60,033 bases of DNA from a virus (lineage: Duplodnaviria > Caudoviricetes). Every line of letters begins with the position of its first letter. Position 1 is the first letter of the stretch. A program made the translations under genes and the position numbers. This document shows positions 37,283-45,003 of the stretch, piece by piece. The DNA is taken from IMG/VR virus record IMGVR_UViG_3300037484_000683, positions 1-60,033 of that record. One strand, given 5' to 3'. Below the pieces are notes generated by a model, which worked only from the letters and a program-made list of their open reading frames with translations, was not told the DNA's origin and ran no database searches.

Positions 37283-37391
37283 TTGTGGTATGGAGGGCTA
37301 TGGCGTGGTGGGGGTCGGTGGGGTAATGTTCGGTACGGCCTGGGATGGTTGGGCGTGGCGAGACAAGGCGAGGTACGATATGGTGAGGTTA
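37283..37391 (+). ncRNA. Putative guide RNA unit 2
   Basis: NN = AT GG AT GT GG TC GG AA TC AC CT AT TG GT GA AA GA AC AT GA TA. Confidence 0.7.
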
Positions 37392-37395
37392 CAAT

Positions 37396-37479
37396 TTGTG
37401 GTAGGGGACGGTCGGGTCGGGTGCGGCAAGGTAAGGCCAGGCAGGGCGGGGCGAGGTAAGATAAGGTGAGGTATGGAAT
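37396..37479 (+). ncRNA. Putative guide RNA unit 3
   Basis: NN = AG AC CG CG GC AA AA CA AG GG GA AA AA GA AT AT. Confidence 0.65.
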
Positions 37480-37484
37480 CCATT

Positions 37485-37568
37485 TTGTGGTATGGATTGG
37501 TTAGGCTAGGTGATGTCAGGCGCGGTAAGGTAAGGTCAGGTCAGGTGGGGATTGGTATGGTGTGGCTA
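37485..37568 (+). ncRNA. Putative guide RNA unit 4
   Basis: NN = AT TT TA TA GA CA GC AA AA CA CA GG TT AT GT TA. Confidence 0.65.
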
Positions 37569-37587
37569 TTCAGTTAGGGGTAAATCA

Positions 37588-37851
37588 GTGTCAAGATATT
37601 TTCAAATAGATGAACTCCCAGGATTAAGATTTTTATGGTTTTCCCGTCTCTCCCTTGAGACGTGGCGACCCTTGAAACAGTTTATCTATGAACGCGATAG
37701 AGGGATTTGCAGCTACTGCAAAACTCAATTCCCCTATGAACAGACTCATTGCCATCACGCTTTAGAACTTTCCGAAGGCGGTACAAATCATCCAAGTAAC
37801 CTCAAAACTCTTTGTCATAACTGCCATAAAATTAGACATCCTTTTATGTAA
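37588..37851 (+). CDS. HNH endonuclease (87 aa)
   Basis: RDRGICSYC, HCHH, GGTNHPSNLKTLCHNCH; GTG start after AGGGG. Confidence 0.92.
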   Translation: MSRYFQIDELPGLRFLWFSRLSLETWRPLKQFIYERDRGICSYCKTQFPYEQTHCHHALELSEGGTNHPSNLKTLCHNCHKIRHPFM

Positions 37852-37853
37852 CC

Positions 37854-37978
37854 TTGTGGTAAGGGCGGGGCGGGGTACGGCACGGCGCGGCGTGGCGTGG
37901 CGAGGAACGGTCTGGCAGGGCAAGGTGAGGAACGGCACGGCGGGGCAAGGTGAGGCCTGGCAAGGTATGGATAGGGCT
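37854..37978 (+). ncRNA. Putative guide RNA unit 5
   Basis: After a 6-nt first unit GGTAAG, NN = GG GG AC AC GC GT GT GA AC CT AG AA GA AC AC GG AA GA CT AA AT TA CT. Confidence 0.75.
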
Positions 37979-38001
37979 AGAAATTCTATCCCTAATTTTT
38001 T
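37972..38001 (+). terminator. Terminator closing the cassette
   Basis: TAGGG-C-TAGA/TCTA-T-CCCTA imperfect stem followed by ATTTTTT. Confidence 0.6.
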
Positions 38002-40552
38002 AATCCTGACTTTTGAACTGTTCCTTCCATAACATCCATCCCGTAATCGTTGGACTACCGGAGGTTGCCACAAAGCTGCTAATAGTATTAGCAGCGGGTA
38101 GCAAGCTCCATGTCCCAAAATCCGAATTAGCTAAAATCGCATCTGGTCTAGGCCCAAAGAAATTAGATATTATTGATTTTTCGGTAGGGGTTAGGTCAAT
38201 CGTCAAACGCTCACCACTCAATAAGCTATAATTGAATAATAATTCTCGCCCGCTGGTTTCGTTCTTTAATGTCTCAATAATGCCCGTAGTGCCACCGCTG
38301 CGCTCGTAGATGATTTTGGGGAAGGCCGGGGCGTTGCCCTCGTTGGTTGCCGTGATCTTGCCGGCGAAGTTGCCTGTGCCGGTGGTGTCAAATCCGAGCC
38401 ATAAATTGTATTTTTGAGGTACGATAGAATCAACATACTTACTAGCTAAAATAGCTTGCGGAGTAGCCGAGCCTGGTAAATTTATATCTAAGTGTGCCCA
38501 GGCGTAACCATTCCAACGAGCTATTCTATCTGCCAGTGTGATACCCCCTGAGCTAGTAAATGCACCCGAAACGTAAAGGATACCATCATTGCCATAACTT
38601 AAAGCCTGTCCGGTATTATTTATACCACTACCCAACGCGATAAAGCCTGTTCCATCCCAAACGGCTATTCTACTAGCACTTACACCTCCCGCCGTTGTAA
38701 AGGCCCCGGTAACAAAAAGTAATCCATTAGGGGCTATGGTTAAAGCAAATCCTTGTGAGTTAAGTCCAGAGCCTAATGCCGTAAAGGCACCACTAGCCCA
38801 TTTTGCTATACTATTGACTGTTACCCCCCCGGCTGTTGAAAAATCCCCCGTTACATAGATAGCGCCGTCTATTCCTGTTGTTAAGCCTCGGCCTATATCA
38901 TTTAAGCCCGTTGACATAGCACTAAAGGCCGTACCGCTCCAGGAGGCTATCCGATTTGCGGCCACACCTCCAATAGTAGTAAATGACCCTGTAGCGTAAA
39001 GCGTGCCATCATGACCAAAAGTTAGGGAATTTACATCGTTATTTGCCCCTGTGCTTAGTGCGTTCCATGCACTGCCATCCCATCGGGCAATTCTAACCGT
39101 GTTGGCTACCCCGCCAGCTAGTGCAAATTCTCCCCCAATATAAACCGACCCATCTGGGCCTATAACAATACATGTTATAATCCCATTTGTGCCCGTACCC
39201 ATCGCTGAATAAGTAGCCGTTTGTTTGTTGTATCTAACGATATAATCAGCGTTGGCAATATTATCAAAGTTGAGGAAGTTACCTGCGAAATAGACATAAG
39301 TTGCATCTTCGGCAATCCCCCGAATTATCGTGTAAGTACCCGCCGCATTAGGCGGCCCCAATGCCGACCACTGCCCTGTTGATCGTAGTCGCGCTGCTAC
39401 TATCCTAAACGTCGCACTGTCATTCGTATCAAGCAGTGCCGCCGATTCGCCTATTTCAGTCCAATAAGGAGCCGGTGAGAAAAACCGCACCGCCACCCGT
39501 TCCCAGGCGCAAGGCTCCGAGGCTTGTATGTCTCCCTCTAGCCCCCCGTCGTAATGGGCCGCAATCTGCTTATGGATCGTTGCACCCTGATAGCGCAATC
39601 TGACCGGCTGCACCCCGTTCTCATCTTCGGGGTAGGTATCCGGCGATAGAGCATTAAGTAGCACCTGTTTTTTACTGTGGAAATCACTTTGACTTGTGCC
39701 GGTGATGACGCCGGTCAAGGTAAAGACCCGGCTGTCAATTTTGAGGCTGTTTAGCTCACCCCCCGGCAAAGCGGCATATTTATCTACGCCCAAATCCTGG
39801 GGAGCCGTGCCCACGCCCGACATACCCCCTATTTTTAGGTTATAGTCATCTTCTAAATCTTCTACCTTCCCCCCGGCTCGACTGGCCGCACTGCGCTGGC
39901 TGGTCGCTGCGTTCTCTGGCCCAAGCCATTCGCAACCTTCCTGAGTACCATCACAGTAGGTAGTCCAATATTCCTTCGCCTCCACCTGAATCCCGTCAAG
40001 GTAGAAGTCACCAGAGCCAGCGCCGTTTTGGTGTACTTCCAGTAGTACCGAGGCATTGGCCTGTGCTGCTGGGAATTGCAAACCGTACAGTGCCCAATTG
40101 GAATCTATTTGTTCCAGCAGGGTGGGAGCCGTAAAGGTTGCGCCGTTAAGTGACCAATCCCAGGCCGCGGGCAATGTACCACGCACGCGCATGGTAACGT
40201 AGTGAATGGCATTGGTTAAAGCCGATAAAGTAAATTCAATGCCCTCATTATCGGCATTGGTCTCCACCCGATAGGAATAGAGGCCATAGTGCTGATAGGT
40301 GGTAGACCGGGTAACGGTGGTGCCAGCTTCGGCGGCAAAGTTGCCGGTTAGTTCAGCACTAGGATTCATCACATAATTGATCGTGGCTTCCGGTGTTATG
40401 AGTTTCCAATCAGACATACCACCCCCGATATTGCAGGGATTCTCTGCTGACAGAATCGCAGGCAGCCAGACACAATACCCCTGACACTGTGCCCCAACAG
40501 GCAAGGCCGATAGCAGCCAAAGCAAGCAAACCGTTAAAAGTCGTTTCCACAT
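38000..40552 (-). CDS. Distal tail protein with carbohydrate-binding-like and beta-propeller insertions
   Basis: NYVMNPSAE...LDGIQVE module, repeated LY.GG.FT.AGG...IA.WDG blades, NEGNAPAFP; follows the tape measure; second start possible at 40417. Confidence 0.8.
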   Translation of the reverse strand: MWKRLLTVCLLWLLSALPVGAQCQGYCVWLPAILSAENPCNIGGGMSDWKLITPEATINYVMNPSAELTGNFAAEAGTTVTRSTTYQHYGLYSYRVETNADNEGIEFTLSALTNAIHYVTMRVRGTLPAAWDWSLNGATFTAPTLLEQIDSNWALYGLQFPAAQANASVLLEVHQNGAGSGDFYLDGIQVEAKEYWTTYCDGTQEGCEWLGPENAATSQRSAASRAGGKVEDLEDDYNLKIGGMSGVGTAPQDLGVDKYAALPGGELNSLKIDSRVFTLTGVITGTSQSDFHSKKQVLLNALSPDTYPEDENGVQPVRLRYQGATIHKQIAAHYDGGLEGDIQASEPCAWERVAVRFFSPAPYWTEIGESAALLDTNDSATFRIVAARLRSTGQWSALGPPNAAGTYTIIRGIAEDATYVYFAGNFLNFDNIANADYIVRYNKQTATYSAMGTGTNGIITCIVIGPDGSVYIGGEFALAGGVANTVRIARWDGSAWNALSTGANNDVNSLTFGHDGTLYATGSFTTIGGVAANRIASWSGTAFSAMSTGLNDIGRGLTTGIDGAIYVTGDFSTAGGVTVNSIAKWASGAFTALGSGLNSQGFALTIAPNGLLFVTGAFTTAGGVSASRIAVWDGTGFIALGSGINNTGQALSYGNDGILYVSGAFTSSGGITLADRIARWNGYAWAHLDINLPGSATPQAILASKYVDSIVPQKYNLWLGFDTTGTGNFAGKITATNEGNAPAFPKIIYERSGGTTGIIETLKNETSGRELLFNYSLLSGERLTIDLTPTEKSIISNFFGPRPDAILANSDFGTWSLLPAANTISSFVATSGSPTITGWMLWKEQFKSQD

Positions 40553-43500
40553 CTATGCTCCCAAAAACATCTGCATAACCCCGAAGTCATTTATCACGCT
40601 TGAGCTATCAGCCCGCGTGTTGACCGTCATACTGAAATAGTTATTCGTGGTGCGCCCCATCCCGGCAACGTCTTCAATGCTACGGCCCGCCGGCGCAACT
40701 AAAACCCGCTCGCCCGATTGCACCCGCAAGGGGAAGCTATCGTTAGGGAAGCCGGGGGGAACTTGAAAACCGAGCGGCCCCGTGCCAGAGGCAAAGCCCA
40801 GGCCCCCCGCCGCGCCCGATGCACTTCCGGCCCCCTTTGCCGCTTGCGCCGCCGCCTCTGCTGCCTCTTTCATTTTCTCAAATTCTTTTATGGCCGCCTT
40901 GATCGCCTGGATTAAATCATCCTCTATTTTATCAGCGGCTTTCTTGAAGGCATCCCCGGCCGATTTCATCCCCGATACAATAGCCGTTGTCAGGGCAACC
41001 GAGGCTGAATTTGCCGCCGCAATTATACCAATGAGGCTATTTACACTGCCGATAGTAGTTGTAATCTGGGCTACTATTTGAGCCGTTGAAGATGTCCAGG
41101 TTGCCACCAGTAAGGGTAGGTGGACTATATAAATGGTACTCATAGTCAGAATGAGCATCGTTAGCGGCCCAACTGTCAAGCCTGTAACTTGCTCCGTAAC
41201 GGTGGTGATAAACAGGGTAAAACTCGCACCTAACATTACTACCTGTAGAGTGGCGGTGGTAAAGAAGGTGGTAAAAGTCACGCCCAGCATTGTTACCAGG
41301 GCCGGGATAGTTTCAGTCAGGGTGGTGATAAGTACACTAAAATCTATACCGGTGCCCTCGCCCCCCCCGGATAAGGCTCCAAAAACAGCGCTTAAAACGG
41401 TAGTGATACCACTGGACAGCGTTTCAAAAACTGCCATAATCGGCGCAGTCAGGGTGGTAAACCAGGAAATGATACCTGTCACCATGTCAGGAATAATCGA
41501 ATGGCCTACCAAAGTATCAAAAAGACCTTGCCAAAAAGCGGTTATCGAAGCTACCAGCCCGCCAAAAAACCCAACGATAAAACCACCCATACCCAGGATA
41601 CTGGCCTGAATCGTGGTAACAATACCACTGATAAATGTAGCCATACCCGAAAATCCCGTTTGAGCCGCCAGAAGCGCCGCCGGAATATCGCCGGCAAAAA
41701 CCGCTGTCCAAAAATCCATCAGGCTGGTAACGGTAACAATAATGCCAGTAATAGCGGTTGATACGCCCATGACTAATTCGTCCCAAACACTAATGATTGT
41801 TCCTACCGCCCCCACAACCGCCCCCACTAACCCCACTACTATTGAAATAGCGACCAGAATAGCGGCTCCAATTCCGGCAAAAACCAAACCTGTAGCAGTC
41901 AGCAGAGCATTACCTACATCGGCCCAATTGATGCCAAGACTGGTAAATGTGGCTCCGATTTGTTCAATTGCTGGCCCGACAGAGGCCGTTATCCCCTGAA
42001 CAATGCCATTAAAAACGGCCTGTATGACCGTCCAGGCCGTTAGAACTGTCGCGGCAATAACCGGCCAGTTTGCCGTAAACCATTCGACCAGCCCGGCCAG
42101 AGCAGGCACCACAATATTGATTCCGGCCACAATCCCGCTGACCACCACTGAGAATCCAACCGCCAGCGCGTTTAAGATATCGCCGGTGGTGATGCTTTCC
42201 ATCTGTGTGCCAAACGCGGTAGCAAAATCAGTCACCAAAGCTGACACCTGGGCAAAGGTACTTTGTAGAATCCCAACCGTCTCATCGGTCAGCCCTAGCG
42301 CTCTAAGTAACCCGCCAGTATCGCCGGACCCGAAGAGACCCTCGCTACCAAAAGTCGCCAAAAGCGCTTTGGCCTGTTCGATCCAGCCGGAAACAATTGC
42401 CAGGGTATCCGGGCCAAACCCGAATTGGTAGAGAGCCATTCTGATGCCCTCGCCCCAATCCCGCCCAAAAGCGTTAAAAATGGCCCGCCCCTTTGACATC
42501 CCCTTAGCCAGCGTCTTTACCAAATCCTCGCCCATCGTTGCCATTGGGCCGCCCAAAACAAAATCACTCAGCACCCCGGCAATTGCCGCCACTGCCGGTG
42601 TTGCCGCGTCAACCAGAGGCCGCAAAAAGGTACGCGCCCCAATAACAAAAATATCTGAGAAAGTGGATTGCAATCCCTTAACTGATGTCGCCATTTCCCT
42701 GGCAGTTCCAGCAAAGGTGTTTTGAGAGAAGCGGGTAACGGCGGCAAAAAGCTCGTCAAATATTTCGGGCGAGTTCTCTGCTTGTGCGTTAAACTCCTCA
42801 ACCGACATTCCCATTTCAACGCCGATGACTTTAGCCAGGTCAATACCGAGCCGGCGCAACTGGCGCAGGTCAACCTCAGTTAGTTTGCCGATTCTCTTCA
42901 CCTGAAATAGCTGATCGGCGGCAAAACCCAGACTGTCAGAGGTGATGCCCACCGCCCCGGCGAGATCCAAAAAGGCCGGGACAAACTCTTTGGTTTGCTC
43001 AACGCCAAGCCCTGCGGCAATAGCGTATTTGGTGGTCATCTCAACGGTTTCGGTTTCGAAGGGGGAAACAACGGCCAACCGAGAGACAAAATCAAGCAGG
43101 TCTTTTGTCTCCCTGCTGGCAATTTTGAAGGCATCGGCCTGGTCCATTGTCTGTTGCCAGGCTGATTTTGTGGAGGTGGTGTACTCGGTTTCGGTAGTGG
43201 TCAGACCGGCTAACTCGCGCTCTGTAGCCTGAATTGACAAAGCTAGTTGATCGTGCTGTGCTTTGGCCTTGATGACATTTAAGCCATTTTCACCATAGGC
43301 AGCGGTCAGATCAATGATGCGCTGCTGCTGCTCCTGATAGGTTGCCCGTTGGGTCATCAATTTGGCGTTTAGTTCATCGGTCGCAATGGCAAGCTCTTCC
43401 TGACTCATCACCTGTTTCGTCACCGCCGCCGTTACCGTCTCGGTAGTCTGCTCATACATATTATTGGCGGTGAGTAGAGCTTTCAACGAGGTTTCAAGCT

Positions 43501-43753
43501 GTTGTGATGAGCCAACCGCTTCCAGGCCGGTAGAAACAAAACCGGTGATACCCTCAACGATTTTGCCAAAGATGTTGGCGGCAACGATACCCCCGGCAAT
43601 CGTCGCCATGTTGCCCAGCGCCCCGCCAAAACCGCCCAGCATGCCGGTAACACCCTTAGCGGCCCCCCCTAAGCCGCCCAGGGCTTTGGTGGTGGCATCT
43701 ATGGCGTTACCAGTGCCGGTTTGTTTTATGACAACTTCAACTACATTAGCCAT
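40553..43753 (-). CDS. Tape measure protein
   Basis: Over 1000 aa, Ala/Gly-rich amphipathic repeats, SPFE motif, VPPGFPND..SGERV; start at MANVVEV. Confidence 0.92.
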   Translation of the reverse strand: MANVVEVVIKQTGTGNAIDATTKALGGLGGAAKGVTGMLGGFGGALGNMATIAGGIVAANIFGKIVEGITGFVSTGLEAVGSSQQLETSLKALLTANNMYEQTTETVTAAVTKQVMSQEELAIATDELNAKLMTQRATYQEQQQRIIDLTAAYGENGLNVIKAKAQHDQLALSIQATERELAGLTTTETEYTTSTKSAWQQTMDQADAFKIASRETKDLLDFVSRLAVVSPFETETVEMTTKYAIAAGLGVEQTKEFVPAFLDLAGAVGITSDSLGFAADQLFQVKRIGKLTEVDLRQLRRLGIDLAKVIGVEMGMSVEEFNAQAENSPEIFDELFAAVTRFSQNTFAGTAREMATSVKGLQSTFSDIFVIGARTFLRPLVDAATPAVAAIAGVLSDFVLGGPMATMGEDLVKTLAKGMSKGRAIFNAFGRDWGEGIRMALYQFGFGPDTLAIVSGWIEQAKALLATFGSEGLFGSGDTGGLLRALGLTDETVGILQSTFAQVSALVTDFATAFGTQMESITTGDILNALAVGFSVVVSGIVAGINIVVPALAGLVEWFTANWPVIAATVLTAWTVIQAVFNGIVQGITASVGPAIEQIGATFTSLGINWADVGNALLTATGLVFAGIGAAILVAISIVVGLVGAVVGAVGTIISVWDELVMGVSTAITGIIVTVTSLMDFWTAVFAGDIPAALLAAQTGFSGMATFISGIVTTIQASILGMGGFIVGFFGGLVASITAFWQGLFDTLVGHSIIPDMVTGIISWFTTLTAPIMAVFETLSSGITTVLSAVFGALSGGGEGTGIDFSVLITTLTETIPALVTMLGVTFTTFFTTATLQVVMLGASFTLFITTVTEQVTGLTVGPLTMLILTMSTIYIVHLPLLVATWTSSTAQIVAQITTTIGSVNSLIGIIAAANSASVALTTAIVSGMKSAGDAFKKAADKIEDDLIQAIKAAIKEFEKMKEAAEAAAQAAKGAGSASGAAGGLGFASGTGPLGFQVPPGFPNDSFPLRVQSGERVLVAPAGRSIEDVAGMGRTTNNYFSMTVNTRADSSSVINDFGVMQMFLGA

Positions 43754-43792
43754 ATACGCTAAACTGAGATATAATATTTGCACGGAGAAAAC

Positions 43793-44008
43793 ATGAACAC
43801 ATTAAAATTCACCTGTTCTGAGCATGGCTTGCAGACTGCAAGGGTTGGATTTCTTCCCTTCTTTGGCGCATACTTTAGGATACAACTCAATTGCGGTTGT
43901 ACATTTGACGCATTTCCAGGTAATCCATTTCGTTATGTTGGAAAAAAAGAGGGCGAATGGACATCTGTTCCTTATAATTCAGACACCCCTCTTATTGCTC
44001 AAGATTAG
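43793..44008 (+). CDS. Small antisense-oriented Cys/His protein (moron)
   Basis: TATAAT at 43770, GGAGA RBS; CSEHG...LNCG. Confidence 0.65.
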   Translation: MNTLKFTCSEHGLQTARVGFLPFFGAYFRIQLNCGCTFDAFPGNPFRYVGKKEGEWTSVPYNSDTPLIAQD

Positions 44009-44216
44009 CCAAGTGTATGCCTGTGCTTTGCCGCTTTTAATTCGTATTCCTGACATCTCATATCCTGCAATACTTCAAACAGAAATTGCCCGCGCTGTTC
44101 GTGAAAAACAGAGGGTGGAATGTGATACATCATCCTGACCTGATAATCCAGGTACTCAGGTGGCGCTTGACCTGTTTTGGTAATCAGGTACTCGGTCAAG
44201 CGCCATTCTAGTTTTT
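44005..44216 (-). CDS. Tail assembly chaperone, frameshift extension (gpT-like)
   Basis: -1 frame open from the GGAAAAAAC slippery site at the end of 44208..44498. Confidence 0.75.
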
Positions 44217-44498
44217 TCCGTTTTTAGCCACCGGGTTAGCCATCTGCATTACGGCATTTCTAAACTGCTCGCTCAAATCCCGCATCTGGCGCAAGGTGAG
44301 TTGCCGAAAGAATTGCGTCATTTCCTCTTTAGAAATGCCCTGGACAATGGCGTATTTTTCCATCATCTGGCGAATCTTGGTGGGGGAATTGGATTCCATA
44401 TCTTCCAAATCTCCCCACTGAAACTCATCCATATTGATTTTGTCCAGGTCTAAAACGATCTGAGTTGGCTCTGTTTGTTCGTGAATTAGTTTTGCCAT
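44208..44498 (-). CDS. Tail assembly chaperone (gpG-like)
   Basis: Between tail tube and tape measure; ends GGA AAA AAC TAG. Confidence 0.82.
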   Translation of the reverse strand: MAKLIHEQTEPTQIVLDLDKINMDEFQWGDLEDMESNSPTKIRQMMEKYAIVQGISKEEMTQFFRQLTLRQMRDLSEQFRNAVMQMANPVAKNGKN

Positions 44499-44514
44499 AG
44501 TTCTCCTGAGTGGG

Positions 44515-44976
44515 TTAGCTCGCTACGATGGTAGTAGTCAGATCACCTACCTTGACTTTAAAGCCGGTAATAATCGGGCCGCCCGCTGAAGCGTCTGCCG
44601 GGGGATAAGTAAAGGCTGTAATCACCCCGGCCCCGCTGGTAATCTGCTCATCATCAGCCGCCCCGCCGCGAGGCGACCAACGAACATAGAAATTAGGTGA
44701 ACAGGTGGCCGTTTCAAATCGCTGTCTGACCACCTGGTAGGCTTCGGCGTCCGTCTCGGTATAGATGATGGTGAATGTCAGTTCAAGCGGCTCTTTCTTG
44801 CCGCTTTTGACAATCGCCCCCTCCCCTGAAAACGTATACGCCTCGCCGCTGATGCGGGTTTGCTCCGTATCAGCTACGCTTTGGGCCACGCCGCTGATGT
44901 CAGTCCAGGTCACATTATCGGTACTGATCTCGACCTTAGCGCAGGCATTGGCTACCGCTCCGCTTGTTTGTGCCAT
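44515..44976 (-). CDS. Major tail tube protein
   Basis: EISTDNVTWTDISG, RWSPRGG; position. Confidence 0.8.
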   Translation of the reverse strand: MAQTSGAVANACAKVEISTDNVTWTDISGVAQSVADTEQTRISGEAYTFSGEGAIVKSGKKEPLELTFTIIYTETDAEAYQVVRQRFETATCSPNFYVRWSPRGGAADDEQITSGAGVITAFTYPPADASAGGPIITGFKVKVGDLTTTIVAS

Positions 44977-45003
44977 TTTGGAACCTCCAAATTATCCTTA
45001 ATC

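Larger units (their letters stand above)
37210..37978 (+). repeat. Five arrays of 5-nt periodic GGY-NN units, each opened by TTGTGGT
   Basis: Manual parse: 13+21+16+16+24 = 90 units; 84 start with GG and 72 are GGY; NN is variable. Confidence 0.97.

Noticed and set aside
37396-37479. Array 3 matching self: reverse decode IISFFSP vs Dam-like IISFFPP, or forward KKQSGE vs the RAMP gene's KKKTGE
   Set aside because: Only 4-5 full dinucleotide matches and the similarity does not extend; within chance for a by-eye search
37210-37978. Calling the arrays a CRISPR array
   Set aside because: No 23-50 nt identical repeats with unique spacers; the periodicity is 5 nt
37210-37978. Simple microsatellite or G-quadruplex tract
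   Set aside because: NN positions are diverse, arrays have a fixed opener, and two decode to meaningful protein motifs; G4 folding is possible but does not explain this
37107-38118. ORFs 37107..37469 (+), 37298..37483 (-), 37762..38118 (-) and the first 12 codons of 37552..37851
   Set aside because: Low-complexity translations of the arrays or shadow ORFs without RBS
34571-40552. Diversity-generating retroelement acting on tail genes
   Set aside because: No reverse transcriptase and no TR/VR pair with adenine-specific differences seen
40718-43796. Numerous plus-strand ORFs opposite the tape measure gene
   Set aside because: Antisense shadows of a long coding sequence, without RBS or motifs
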